NCBI GenBank assembly: GCA_035547315.1
Contig: DASZVH010000004.1
Location: 12,107-76,106, forward strand
DNA length: 64,000 bases
From: Minisyncoccota bacterium
GTDB taxonomy: Bacteria; Patescibacteriota; Minisyncoccia; Phycocordibacterales; Phycocordibacteraceae
Direction: 5' to 3'
Below are positions 10,574-24,391 of the stretch, piece by piece. Position 1 is the stretch's first letter. Each line of letters opens with the position of its first letter. The notes under the pieces are model-generated. The model searched no databases. It saw only the letters and a program-made list of their open reading frames with translations, and was not told the DNA's origin. A program made the position numbers and the translations under genes.

Positions 10574-11659
10574 ATGGCGTTCTTCTCCGGCATCTTCGGC
10601 GGCGGCGAGAAAAAGGGCGGCAGCGTGCTCGGCGTCGATATCGGCTCCTCCTCGCTCAAGGTGGTGCAGCTGCGGCAGGCCGCCGGCAAGGCCGTGCTCG
10701 AGACCTACGGCGAGCTCGCGCTCGGCCCCTATGCCGGCAAAGCGGTCGGGCTCGCGACCGAACTCTCCGCCGACGCGGTCGCCGCGACGCTCAAGGACCT
10801 GGTGCGCGAGGCCTCCGTTACCACCAAGGAGTGCGGCGTCTCGATACCCTTCGCCCGTTCGCTCCTGACCTTGGTCGAGCTTCCCAAGGGCAAGAACCGC
10901 GAGGAGCAGAAGACCATCATCGAGCTCGAGGCGCGCAAGTATATCCCGGTGCCGATCAACGAGGTGCAGCTCGACTGGTTCGTCGTGCCCGAGGAGGGGC
11001 GCAGGGGCGCGGCGGAGAACAACCGGGTAGAGGTGCTCCTCGTCGCGGTGCACAACGACGAACTCAAGCTCCTCGACGCGGCGGTCAAGGGCGCGGATCT
11101 CCACGCCAAGTTCTTCGAGATCGAGATATTCTCGACCATCCGCGCGGTCGTAGACGAGCCGGTCAAGCCGGTCATGGTGCTCGATATCGGCGCCGCGACC
11201 ACCAAAGCCTACGTCGTCGAGCACGGCGTCGTCGCGCTCTCGCATACGATCCCGCACGGCGGGCAGGACGCGACCCGCGCGATCGCGACCGAGTCGGGAG
11301 TGCCGCTCGCGCGCGCCGAGCAGCTCAAGAAGGAGGCCGGGCTCGGCGACGGGCAGGGCGTGAAGCAATCGCTCGAGCTCATCTTCTCGGGCATCTTCGC
11401 CGAGGCGAAGCGCGTGTTCCTCCAATACGAGACGCAGCGCAGCAAGACGATCGCGCGCGTGGTGCTCACCGGCGGCGGCGGCGTGACCAAGGCGCTCGAG
11501 CAATACGCGCAAGGGCTCTTCGAGGTGCCGGTCAAAGTCGCCGACCCCTTCGCCAAGACGGAGACGCCCGCTTTCATGCGGCCGGTCTTGGAGGCCATCG
11601 GGCCCGAGTTCGCGGTCGCGGTAGGGATCGCGCTGCGCCTCCTCGAGGAGAGCCGCTAG
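10574..11659 (+). CDS. pilM: Type IV pilus assembly protein PilM
   Basis: 'LGVDIGSSSLKVVQL', 'EARKYIPVP', 'LDIGAATT', 'VLTGGG', 'AVAVGIALR'. Confidence 0.92.
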   Translation: MAFFSGIFGGGEKKGGSVLGVDIGSSSLKVVQLRQAAGKAVLETYGELALGPYAGKAVGLATELSADAVAATLKDLVREASVTTKECGVSIPFARSLLTLVELPKGKNREEQKTIIELEARKYIPVPINEVQLDWFVVPEEGRRGAAENNRVEVLLVAVHNDELKLLDAAVKGADLHAKFFEIEIFSTIRAVVDEPVKPVMVLDIGAATTKAYVVEHGVVALSHTIPHGGQDATRAIATESGVPLARAEQLKKEAGLGDGQGVKQSLELIFSGIFAEAKRVFLQYETQRSKTIARVVLTGGGGVTKALEQYAQGLFEVPVKVADPFAKTETPAFMRPVLEAIGPEFAVAVGIALRLLEESR

Positions 11660-11723
11660 CCCGCGAGGTTGTACACAGCGCGCGGCCGCTCCCGCGCGCC
11701 GCGCCTGTATACTGTCTAATGAA

Positions 11724-12389
11724 ATGGCTCTCCCGCCGACCATACCGACCTCGTTCGTGCCCCGGCCCGGCGCCGCGCCGCGCGCCGCGCGCGGCGGCGG
11801 CCTCTCAAGCGCGTTCCTCTTCCTCTCGCTCGCCGTCTTCGTCCTCGCTCTCGTGCTGGCGGCAGGCGTCTTCCTCGATGGCCGGTATCTGGCGGGGCAG
11901 GTCGCGAGCAAGGACGTCGCGCTCAAGACCGCGCAGGCGCAGATCGACCAGACCACGGTCGCGAGCTTCATCGCCCTGCAGCAGCAGCTCATCCAGGGCG
12001 AGACGCTCCTTGACGACCACACCGCCCTCTCCCAGTTCCTCGACGCGCTCGGGCTGCTCACGATACAGGACGTCCGCTTCAGTCAGCTCTCGGTGACGGT
12101 CAACGACGACCACTCCGCGACCGTTTCGCTCGCCGGCACGGCCGCCTCCTTCAACGCGCTCGCGGCCGAGAGCGCGGCGCTTGCGACCGAGTCGCGCATC
12201 AAGGACGCCGTCTTCTCCGGCATCGCCATCAATAAGAACGGCGTCGGCTTCTCGCTCTCGGCGACGCTCGACCCGTCTTTGGTCGAGATGCCGGCGACGG
12301 GCTTCTCCGCCGCCGATGCGCCCGCGCCCGCGCCCGCGCAGAGCTCGGGCGGCGAGAGCGCGACGAGCACCGCCACCACCACGCCATGA
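11724..12389 (+). CDS. PilN-like pilus alignment protein
   Basis: Single N-terminal TM, coiled coil, ferredoxin-like C-terminus. Position between pilM and pilO-like. Confidence 0.65.
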   Translation: MALPPTIPTSFVPRPGAAPRAARGGGLSSAFLFLSLAVFVLALVLAAGVFLDGRYLAGQVASKDVALKTAQAQIDQTTVASFIALQQQLIQGETLLDDHTALSQFLDALGLLTIQDVRFSQLSVTVNDDHSATVSLAGTAASFNALAAESAALATESRIKDAVFSGIAINKNGVGFSLSATLDPSLVEMPATGFSAADAPAPAPAQSSGGESATSTATTTP

Positions 12390-12928
12390 CCCGCCTTCTC
12401 CCGCTGATCCTTCTCGCCGCCGCCGCCGGTATCTTCTTCGGCTATGTGAGCCCGCAGTACGAGGGCCCGATCGCCGCGGCCAAGAGCACCATCGCCGCCG
12501 ACAACCAGGCGCTCGCCGCCGCCGCCGCCTATACCGCCAAGGAGAACCAGCTCGCCGCGGCGCGCGACCAGATCGCGCCGGACGATCTCGCGCGGCTCAC
12601 CGCGCTCCTGCCCACCTCGGTCAACAACGTCCAGGCTATCCTCGACCTCGACAACCTCGCGGTGCGTTCCGGCTTCCCGCTTGCCGCCATCAACGTGGTC
12701 TCGGGCGGCAGCGCGGGCACGGTGCAGGGCATCACGGAAGACCAGAGTGTCGGCTCGGTCGATCTCTCGATCTCCGGCAGCGGGAGCTATGCCGTCTTCC
12801 GCACCTTCCTCGCGGGGGTCGAGCGGAGCGTCCGCCTCCTCGATGTCCGCACGCTCTCGATCACGAGCGCGGACTCGGGCATCTACTCCTACTCCATGAC
12901 GCTGCGCCTCTACTGGCTCAAATCCTAA
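12386..12928 (+). CDS. PilO-like pilus alignment protein
   Basis: TM, coiled coil, 'LLP', 'GSYAVFRTFLAGVERSVRLLDV'. Confidence 0.75.
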   Translation: MTRLLPLILLAAAAGIFFGYVSPQYEGPIAAAKSTIAADNQALAAAAAYTAKENQLAAARDQIAPDDLARLTALLPTSVNNVQAILDLDNLAVRSGFPLAAINVVSGGSAGTVQGITEDQSVGSVDLSISGSGSYAVFRTFLAGVERSVRLLDVRTLSITSADSGIYSYSMTLRLYWLKS

Positions 12929-12932
12929 CGCC

Positions 12933-13232
12933 ATGAACCTCTTTTCCAAAGGCAACCTCAAGAACACGCTCGGCGCGGTCGGCGTGCTCGTGATCCTCGG
13001 CGTCCTCTATTGGTACTTCTTCGGCGGCTCCTCTACGCCCCCGCCGCCGGTCTCCGAGACGCTGCCGGCGAGCGACGCCGCACAGGAGTTCCTCGACCTG
13101 GCGGGCGAGCTCGCCACGGTCTCCTTCGACCCGACGATCTTCTCCGACCCGCGCTTTTCCTCGCTCGTCGACATCTCGACGGCGGTTATCCCCGAGGCCG
13201 AGGGCCGGCCCGACCCCTTCGCGCCGCTCTAA
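12933..13232 (+). CDS. Small TM protein in the PilP position
   Basis: TM followed by C-terminal 'GRPDPFAPL', resembling the PilP 'RDPF' motif. Confidence 0.6.
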   Translation: MNLFSKGNLKNTLGAVGVLVILGVLYWYFFGGSSTPPPPVSETLPASDAAQEFLDLAGELATVSFDPTIFSDPRFSSLVDISTAVIPEAEGRPDPFAPL

Positions 13233-13251
13233 GCCTCGGCGCGCTCTCCCG

Positions 13252-15006
<1,755 letters not shown>

Positions 15007-15008
15007 CC

Positions 15009-15410
15009 ATGGCCCGCATCTACCTCACCGACGACGACCGCTTCCTGCTCGATCTCTACGCGCTCAAGTTCAAGAACGCGGGGCACGACGTCTCCACCTT
15101 CTCCTCCGGCGAAGAGCTTATCGACGCCCTGGGGAAGAAGGGCGCGCCCGACGCGCTGCTGCTCGACGTCATCATGCCCGGGCTCTCGGGCTTCGAGACC
15201 CTGGAGAAGATCCGCCAGGAAAAGCTCGCCGGGAGCGCCAAGATAATCATCCTTACCAACCAGGCGCAGGGCGCCGATGTCGAGAAGGCAAAGAGCCTCG
15301 GGACCGCGGGCTATATCGTCAAGGCCTCCGCGATACCCTCCGAGGTCCTGGCCGAGACCGAGCGCATCCTCGCCGGCTCGAACGCCCCCTCCCTAATCCC
15401 CGCACCATGA
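15009..15410 (+). CDS. Single-domain response regulator (CheY-like receiver)
   Basis: 'TDDD', 'LLDVIMPGLSG', 'LTN', 'GYIVK'. Confidence 0.88.
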   Translation: MARIYLTDDDRFLLDLYALKFKNAGHDVSTFSSGEELIDALGKKGAPDALLLDVIMPGLSGFETLEKIRQEKLAGSAKIIILTNQAQGADVEKAKSLGTAGYIVKASAIPSEVLAETERILAGSNAPSLIPAP

Positions 15411-16465
15411 TCGACCCGGCTCTTTCCAAACTCTTCGACGCGCTCGTCTCCGAGAACGGCTCCGACCTCCACCTCTCGCCCGGCGTCCCGCCCATCATCC
15501 GGGTCTCGGGCTCTCTGCTGCCCCTGGTGCAGGAAGGCGTGCTCACGCCTGCCAAGACGGCCGCGATGCTCAAGTCCATAGCGCCGGAGAATCGCTGGGC
15601 CGACTTCGAGCATAATCAGACGCTCGACTTCTCCTACGCGCACGGCGAGGGCGCGCGGTTGCGCGTCAACGGCTATGTCGTCGGCGGCAGCGTGGTCGCC
15701 GCGATGCGGCTCATCCCGCGCGAGATACGCACCTTCGCCGAGCTCAACCTGCCGCCCGTGCTCGAGACCTTCGCGGGCCGCGAGCAGGGCTTTTTCCTCG
15801 CGGTGGGGCCGGTGGGGCAGGGCAAGTCGACCACGCTCGCCGCGATGATCGACCGCATCAACGAGAGCCGCGCCGAGCATATCCTTACGATCGAGGACCC
15901 CGTCGAGTACCTCTTCACTCCCAAGAAGTCGCTCATCCACCAGCGCGAGGTGCACGTGGACACGCCCTCGTTCTCCGCGGCGCTCGCCTCGGCCTTCCGC
16001 GAGGACGTAGACGTCATCATGGTCGGCGAGATGCGCGACTACGAGACCATCAGCAACGCGGTGACCGCCGCCGAGACCGGGCACTTGGTGCTCTCCACGC
16101 TCCACACCAACTCCGCCGCGCAGACCATCGACCGCATCATCGACATGTTCCCTGCCGAGCAGCAGGCGCAGGTGCGGGTGCAGCTCTCGGGATCGCTCGC
16201 GGGCATCTTCTCCCAGCGGCTCATCCCGCGCATCTCGGGCGGCCTCATCCCCGCGTATGAGCTCCTCATCAACAACAACGCGGTCGCCAACCTCATCCGC
16301 GCCTCCCGCACCCACGAGATCGCAGCGGTGGTGCAGACCAGCTCGCAAGAGGGGATGATCGACATGGACCGCTCCCTGGCCGAGCTCGTTCGCCGCGGCG
16401 AGGTGACCACCGAGGCCGCCTATGAGCACGCCAACGACCCCAAGACCTTCGAGCGCTACCTGTGA
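15407..16465 (+). CDS. pilT: Type IV pilus retraction ATPase PilT
   Basis: 'SDLHL..G.PP', GPVGQGKSTT, 'TIEDPVEY', 'AETGHLVLSTLHTNSA', 'QRLIP'. Confidence 0.93.
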   Translation: MIDPALSKLFDALVSENGSDLHLSPGVPPIIRVSGSLLPLVQEGVLTPAKTAAMLKSIAPENRWADFEHNQTLDFSYAHGEGARLRVNGYVVGGSVVAAMRLIPREIRTFAELNLPPVLETFAGREQGFFLAVGPVGQGKSTTLAAMIDRINESRAEHILTIEDPVEYLFTPKKSLIHQREVHVDTPSFSAALASAFREDVDVIMVGEMRDYETISNAVTAAETGHLVLSTLHTNSAAQTIDRIIDMFPAEQQAQVRVQLSGSLAGIFSQRLIPRISGGLIPAYELLINNNAVANLIRASRTHEIAAVVQTSSQEGMIDMDRSLAELVRRGEVTTEAAYEHANDPKTFERYL

Positions 16466-16518
16466 ACAGGCGTCAGGGATCAGGTTTCAGGTGTTAGGAT
16501 TAAGCTGACCCCTGACTC
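16465..16518. repeat. Heptamer tract with inverted copy between pilT and pilC
   Basis: aacaggc gtcaggg atcaggt ttcaggt gttagga, then gctgacc cctgact. Confidence 0.55.
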
Positions 16519-16520
16519 CT

Positions 16521-17729
16521 ATGTTATTCACCTACCGAGCGATCGACCAGGACGGCCACGAGCGCGAGGGCACCATCGAAGCGCTCTCGCAGGACGCGGC
16601 GGTCTCCGAGCTGCAGCGCCGCGCGCTGGTCATCACCGCCCTGAGCGAGGCCAAGGCCGCGGGCTCTATCCTCGAGCTCGAGATACCGCTCTTCGACAGA
16701 ATCAGCAACCGCGACATCGTCATCCTCTCGCGCCAGATCGCGACCCTTTTCGAGGCGCAGGTCAACGCGCTGCGAGTCTTCCGCCTGCTTGCGGCCGAGG
16801 TCGAGGGCAAGAGCTTGGCGCGCACGCTCTCGCAGGTCGCCGACGACCTGCAGGGCGGCAGCCCCATCAGCAAGGCGCTCGCCAAGCACCCCAAGGCCTT
16901 CAGCGCCTTCTACGTCAACATGGTCCGCGCCGGCGAGGAGAGCGGGAAGCTCTCGCAGACGTTCGGCTATCTCGCCGACTACCTCGACCGCACGTACGAC
17001 ATCATCTCCAAGGCGGAGAACGCGCTCATCTACCCGGCCTTCGTCATCGCGGTCTTTATCGGCGTGATGGCCCTCATGCTCACCGTCGTCATCCCCAAGA
17101 TCGCGGCGACCCTGCTCGACGCGGGGCAGCAGCTCCCGATCTACACCCGTATCGTCATCGGGGTCTCCGAATTCTTCGTCAACTACGGCTTCTTCGTCCT
17201 GCTCGCGCTCATCGCGCTCGGCTTCTATGTCTGGCGGCTTTCCAAGAGCTCCTCCGGCCGCGCGGTGCTCGATGGCGCGAAGCTCTCGGTGCCCTATATC
17301 GGCGACCTCTACAAGAAGCTCTATCTCGCGCGCATCGCGGACAACCTCTCGACCATGTTCGTCTCGGGCGTCGCGGTGGTCGAGGGCATCAGCATCACCG
17401 CCAACGTGGTCGAGAACGAAATCTACGCCGAGGCGCTCCGCGAGACCGCCGAGGCGGTCAGGGGCGGCTCCTCGATCTCGGAGGCGCTCGGCGCGCACCC
17501 GCAGATCCCGGGCATCATGGTCGCGATGGTCAAGGTGGGCGAGGAGACGGGCGAGCTCGGCAAGATCCTCGAGACGCTCGCCAAGTTCTACGAGCGCGAG
17601 GTCTCCAACGCGGTGGATACGCTGGTCGGCCTTATCGAGCCGGTGATGATCGTGCTCCTCGGCGCCGGCGTGGGCGTCTTGATCGCGGCGGTCCTCCTGC
17701 CGATCTACAACCTCGCCGGCGCCATCTAG
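16521..17729 (+). CDS. pilC: Type IV pilus platform protein PilC (GspF family)
   Basis: 'RQIATL', 'AGEESGKL', 'ALIYPAFV', 'VGEETGEL', 'LIEPVMI', 'LLPIY'. Confidence 0.93.
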   Translation: MLFTYRAIDQDGHEREGTIEALSQDAAVSELQRRALVITALSEAKAAGSILELEIPLFDRISNRDIVILSRQIATLFEAQVNALRVFRLLAAEVEGKSLARTLSQVADDLQGGSPISKALAKHPKAFSAFYVNMVRAGEESGKLSQTFGYLADYLDRTYDIISKAENALIYPAFVIAVFIGVMALMLTVVIPKIAATLLDAGQQLPIYTRIVIGVSEFFVNYGFFVLLALIALGFYVWRLSKSSSGRAVLDGAKLSVPYIGDLYKKLYLARIADNLSTMFVSGVAVVEGISITANVVENEIYAEALRETAEAVRGGSSISEALGAHPQIPGIMVAMVKVGEETGELGKILETLAKFYEREVSNAVDTLVGLIEPVMIVLLGAGVGVLIAAVLLPIYNLAGAI

Positions 17730-17773
17730 TTATCCACAGATGGCGCGCGGTCGCGCCCAACACGGCGTATACT
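17730..17773 (+). promoter_or_regulatory. Pilin promoter: DnaA-box consensus TTATCCACA plus -10 TATACT
   Basis: TTATCCACA at 17730 and TATACT at 17768. The same arrangement occurs at 18310/18348 and 11669/11708. Confidence 0.55.
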
Positions 17774-17800
17774 ATCCCCATTAACCCCGATAATTTATTT

Positions 17801-18241
17801 ATGTACAAACTTCGCTCTCGCGGCTTTACGCTCATCGAGCTCCTCGTCGTGATCGCCATCATCGGCATCCTCTCGGCGGTCGTGCTCGCCTCGCTCTCCA
17901 CGGCCCGCACCAAAGGCCAAGATGCGGCTATCCAGTCCGACCTCAACTCGATCCAGACCGAGGCCGAGATTTACTACAACGGTACCGGCGCCAATACCTA
18001 TGGCAGCACCGTCGCCACATGTACGGGCGGCATGTTTGCTGGAGATACTTCTATCAAGAATGCACTCACGGGCATCGCAAGCAACAACGGCGGCTCGGGC
18101 AATCAAGCGTGCGATAGCAGCGGCCAAGCATACGCGGTAAAAGCGAAATCTGCCACCAACTCGAGCTCGGTGTTCTATTGCGTCGATTCGACCGGGTTCT
18201 CCGGCACGACGACCACCATGACTGCCGCTACGAATTGCTAA
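17801..18241 (+). CDS. Type IV major pilin-like protein
   Basis: G|FTLIELLVVIAIIGILSAVVLASL class III signal with E5; C-terminal cysteines ('YCVDSTG'). Confidence 0.92.
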   Translation: MYKLRSRGFTLIELLVVIAIIGILSAVVLASLSTARTKGQDAAIQSDLNSIQTEAEIYYNGTGANTYGSTVATCTGGMFAGDTSIKNALTGIASNNGGSGNQACDSSGQAYAVKAKSATNSSSVFYCVDSTGFSGTTTTMTAATNC

Positions 18242-18276
18242 AGTACGCTAGAAACCGCTCATCGTCCGGATGAACG

Positions 18277-18312
18277 CGGAAAACGGCCCCGGAGGGGGCC
18301 GTTTTCCGTTTC
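18277..18312 (+). terminator. Intrinsic terminator after pilin 1
   Basis: CGGAAAACGGCCCC-GGAG-GGGGCCGTTTTCCG followed by TTT. Confidence 0.75.
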
Positions 18313-18362
18313 TCCACAGGCGCCGATTTCTCCGGCGATTCCCGTGCTAGAATTAATAAAGT

Positions 18363-18887
18363 ATGCGTACTTCATTCCAAAGAGGCTTCACCTTGATCGA
18401 GCTCCTCGTCGTCATTGCAATAATCGGTATCCTTTCGGCGGTCGTGCTCGCCTCGCTCAGTACCGCCCGCAGTAAGGGCAAGGACGCGGCCGCGATGCAG
18501 GCGCTCGAGGGCGCCCGCGCCCAGGCCGAGCTCTATTACTACGCCAACGGCAACAGCTACAATAACGTCTGCGGCCAGACCGCCGTCGGCGGGGTCAAGA
18601 CGGTCGGCGCTCAGGTGCTCTCCGCCGCGCGGGCCGAGGGCTATGCCTTCGACAATTCCGTCAACGGCTCCGGCGACTGGAACAATCACCAGGTAAACAA
18701 CACCAACAAGCCCGTAACCTGCAACGACAGCGGCCAGTCGAGCCCCAAGAACCCCAACGCCTGGGCGGCGGCTATCTATCTCTCCAACGGCACCTTCTTC
18801 TGCACCGACTCGACCGGGCTCGCGACCACGACCACGACCTCGGCCTATCAGATCACGGACAATCACGACAACGATTGCTCGCCCTAA
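18363..18887 (+). CDS. Type IV pilin-like protein (second copy)
   Basis: G|FTLIELLVVIAIIGILSAVVLASLSTAR, 'FCTDSTG'. Confidence 0.92.
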   Translation: MRTSFQRGFTLIELLVVIAIIGILSAVVLASLSTARSKGKDAAAMQALEGARAQAELYYYANGNSYNNVCGQTAVGGVKTVGAQVLSAARAEGYAFDNSVNGSGDWNNHQVNNTNKPVTCNDSGQSSPKNPNAWAAAIYLSNGTFFCTDSTGLATTTTTSAYQITDNHDNDCSP

Positions 18888-18896
18888 CGTCCCCGA

Positions 18897-19664
18897 ATGA
18901 CGCCCCTCCTCTGCGCGCTCTTCTTCTGCCTCGGGGCGCTCCTCGCGAGCTTTGCTGGACTCCTCGCCGCGCGCCTCTACACCGGAGAGCCGATCGCGGC
19001 CGGCCGCTCGCGCTGCGACGCGTGCGGCGCGGCTCTCTCGGCGCCCGCGCTCGTCCCGCTCGCCGGCTGGGCGCTCTCGGCCGGCCGCGCGCGCTGCTGC
19101 GGCGCGCGCATCTCCGCCGCCTCCGCCGTCGGCGAGCTCGCACTTGGAACCCTCTTCCTCTTCTCTTATCTCAAGCTCGGGCTCTCCTGGCCGCTCACGC
19201 TCCTGCTGCCGGCGCTCGTCCTCCTCTACGCGCTCGTGCGGTACGACCTCGCGCACCAGATATTGCCGCCCGTGCTGCTCGCTCCCTTGGGCGCGCTGTC
19301 GCTCGGCTACGCCGCGCTTGCCGCGCCCTCGGCCGCCGCATTCCTCTCCGCGCTCATCGTCGCCGCGGCGGAGGGCGTGCTGCTCCTCGCGCTCTCCCTT
19401 CTCTCCCGCGGGCGGCTGATGGGTCTCGCCGACGCGCCGCTGATCGCCGCGCTCGCGCTCGTGGCCGCCCCGCGCGCACTCGCGGGCTTTGCCTTCTCTT
19501 TCTGGATCGGCGCCCTCATCGGGATAATCCTCGTGCTCGCGGGGCGGGGAAGGGTTAGAATGAAGAGCGAGGTGCCGCTTGCCCCCTTCCTCGCCGCCGG
19601 CTTCCTCCTCGCTTATTTCATCCCATGGGACCCCTTCGCCGCGCTCATCGCCCTGATCGGCTAG
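18897..19664 (+). CDS. pilD: Prepilin peptidase (A24)
   Basis: 'GRSRCDACG', 'YDLAHQILP', 'MGLAD', 'VPLAPFL'. Confidence 0.85.
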   Translation: MTPLLCALFFCLGALLASFAGLLAARLYTGEPIAAGRSRCDACGAALSAPALVPLAGWALSAGRARCCGARISAASAVGELALGTLFLFSYLKLGLSWPLTLLLPALVLLYALVRYDLAHQILPPVLLAPLGALSLGYAALAAPSAAAFLSALIVAAAEGVLLLALSLLSRGRLMGLADAPLIAALALVAAPRALAGFAFSFWIGALIGIILVLAGRGRVRMKSEVPLAPFLAAGFLLAYFIPWDPFAALIALIG

Positions 19665-20317
19665 CCGTCGCGCGCGCGCGCGGCTTCACGCTGATCGAGA
19701 TGCTCGTCTCGCTCGCCATCCTGACCATCATCGCGGTCATCGTGCTCACGAGCCATGCCTCCTTTACCAACTCGCTCATCGTGACCAACGCTGCCTACGA
19801 CGTCGCGCTCTCGCTGCGCCAGGCCGAAAGCTTCGGCGTCTCGAGCCGCAACTCCGGCGCCATCGCCAACGCCGGCTACGGCATCGACTTCTCCACCGCC
19901 AACCTCTCTTCCTATGTACTTTTCGTGGACAATCACCCAAACAACTGCGGCCCCGGCTCGCTCCCCAGCTGCAAGCCCGGTAACGGCGTCTATAACGCGG
20001 GCGCCGATGGCCTCGTCTCTACCTACACCATCAACGCGGGCATCGGCGTTTCCAAGCTCTGCGTCTACCGCGGCGGGAGCTCGTATTGCTCGGGCGGCGG
20101 GAGCAACCTCTTCGCGCTCGATATCGTCTTCACGCGCCCCAACACCGCCGCCAACATCGCTTTCCTCAAGAATGCCGCGCTCTATCCAGGCGACCAGGGC
20201 CCCGGCGACCCGCTCACGGGCGCCTGCATCACGCTCTCAACGCCCGACGGCACGAGCCAGCGCGGCATCTCCGTCTCTTCGGTGGGGCAGGTGAGCCCGG
20301 TCGCTTCCTGCCCATGA
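19625..20317 (+). CDS. Minor pilin (prepilin N-terminal methylation domain)
   Basis: G|FTLIEMLVSLAIL; start position uncertain. Confidence 0.8.
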   Translation: MGPLRRAHRPDRLAVARARGFTLIEMLVSLAILTIIAVIVLTSHASFTNSLIVTNAAYDVALSLRQAESFGVSSRNSGAIANAGYGIDFSTANLSSYVLFVDNHPNNCGPGSLPSCKPGNGVYNAGADGLVSTYTINAGIGVSKLCVYRGGSSYCSGGGSNLFALDIVFTRPNTAANIAFLKNAALYPGDQGPGDPLTGACITLSTPDGTSQRGISVSSVGQVSPVASCP

Positions 20318-20880
20318 CCAAGCCTTCCGCCGCCGGCTTCACCCTGATCGAGATGCTCGTCTCGCTTGCGCTCTTCGCGCTCGTGATGCTCATGGTCTCC
20401 TCCGCCTACCTCATCATTATCGCGGCCAATCGCCAGGCGCAGGCGGTGGCCTCCGCCACCAATAACCTCGCCTTCGCACTCGAGACCATGACCCGCGAGA
20501 TCCGGACCGGCGGCGGCTACAATTGCGGCAGCAGCACGGGCGGAGATTGTCCAAGCCCCAAGCCGAGCTTCTATTTCACCGACGCGGGCGACAACTACGT
20601 CTCCTACGGCCTCGTCTCCACAGGCTCGGGCACCCACGGGCTCGCCGAGTGCGTGAGCCAGAGCGACTTCTGCGCCCCGGCCACACTGCTTACCGACTCC
20701 TCCGTCAACATCACGGCGCTCCAGTTCTCCGTCCAGGGCACCCGCACCTACTCGGGCTCCGGAGACATCATCCAGCCGCAGGTGCTCATGACACTCTCCG
20801 GCACCGTCTCGGCGGGAGCGCAAAAGACGGTGCCCTTCACCGTCGAGACGGGCGCGACCATGCGCGGCACCGACCTATGA
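20314..20880 (+). CDS. Minor pilin (PilW/GspJ-like)
   Basis: MTKPSAAG|FTLIEMLVSL, 'LETMTREIRTG'. Confidence 0.82.
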   Translation: MTKPSAAGFTLIEMLVSLALFALVMLMVSSAYLIIIAANRQAQAVASATNNLAFALETMTREIRTGGGYNCGSSTGGDCPSPKPSFYFTDAGDNYVSYGLVSTGSGTHGLAECVSQSDFCAPATLLTDSSVNITALQFSVQGTRTYSGSGDIIQPQVLMTLSGTVSAGAQKTVPFTVETGATMRGTDL

Positions 20881-21535
20881 ACATGAAAGAAGTCATACGA
20901 TATGAGTCGGAAGAGGCAAGGAATCGACGCGCCGCGTACGACGCATCGCGTACGGCTGGATTCACGCTCGTCGAGACCATGGTCGCGATCGCGATACTCA
21001 CCGTCGCGATCGCGGGGCCACTGCTCACGGCCGAGCGCGCAGCCGCCGCCGCCTATGCCGCCAAGAACGAGCTCATCGCCTCCTATCTCGCCCAGGAGGG
21101 GATCGAGTATGTGCGGGCGATGCGCGACGACACCTATCTGGCCGATTACGCCTCTGAGTCAACGGAACCGGGGCTCTCGGAGCTCGCCTGGAGCGATTTC
21201 CTCTCGAGCAACGCCAATACCTCGATCAAGCAGTGCGCCGCCAACGGCAAGGGCTGCGCCTACGATCCAGAGGGCGTGGGCATGTGCACCGGCAACCTCC
21301 TCAACTGCTCGATGATCGCCTGCAGCAAGAAGTACTGCACCGACTACCCGCTCTACCTCACCGCAGGCGGTTTCTATACCCCGCAGGGCACGAGCATCGG
21401 CGCTGCACTGACCCCCTTCTCCCGCCAGATCACCTTCCGGGCCGCGGACCCCCAGTCTGAGGAGGTGGTATCGACCGTCGCTTGGAGCACGGACGGCGTG
21501 CCCTATACGGTAACCGTCACCGACACCCTTACGCC

Positions 21536-21545
<10 letters not shown>
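20877..21545 (+). CDS. Minor pilin (PilV-like)
   Basis: G|FTLVETMVAIAIL, 'ASYLAQEGIEYVRAMRD'. Confidence 0.82.
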
Positions 21546-24000
<2,455 letters not shown>

Positions 24001-24013
24001 TAGAGTGAGCGGC

Positions 24014-24307
24014 ATGGCGACGAAGGATGAGGTCAAGAAACTCGCGGCCTTGGCGCGGGTGGAGGTCAAAGAGGAGGATCTCGACACATTCGTCGAGGGG
24101 TTCGACGCCATTCTCGCGTATGTCGGCCAGCTCGACTCGCTCGAGCTCCCGGCCGATTTGAAGGGCGAGGCGCCGAAGCTCCGCAACGTTTTCCGCGCCG
24201 ACGAGAACCCGACTCCGTCCGGCACGTACACCGAGAGGCTCGTGGCGGCATTTCCCGAGAAAGAGGGGGACTACTTGAAGGTCAAGCAGATCATCGCGCA
24301 TGACTGA
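24014..24307 (+). CDS. gatC: Asp/Glu-tRNA amidotransferase subunit C
   Basis: 'EVKKLAALARVE', 'ILAYVGQL', 'NVFRAD', 'YLKVKQI'; upstream of gatA. Confidence 0.9.
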   Translation: MATKDEVKKLAALARVEVKEEDLDTFVEGFDAILAYVGQLDSLELPADLKGEAPKLRNVFRADENPTPSGTYTERLVAAFPEKEGDYLKVKQIIAHD

Positions 24308-24311
24308 CTCC

Positions 24312-24386
24312 AGCCGGCATATTGCTTGCAGCATGCGCTCCGGGCCGCTCGGCCGAGTCTTACGTGCTGCGCGCAACATGCCGGCT
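24312..24386. repeat. Intergenic palindromic element between gatC and gatA
   Basis: AGCCGGCAT/ATGCCGGCT, TTGC/GCAA and GCAGCA/TGCTGC arms. The core resembles the mutY insertion. Confidence 0.6.
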
Positions 24387-24391
24387 TCCGT

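Noticed and set aside
20900-20957. Hairpin-like sequence in the long leader of the PilV-like pilin
   Set aside because: The stem is short and imperfect in GC-rich DNA, so it cannot be distinguished from chance.
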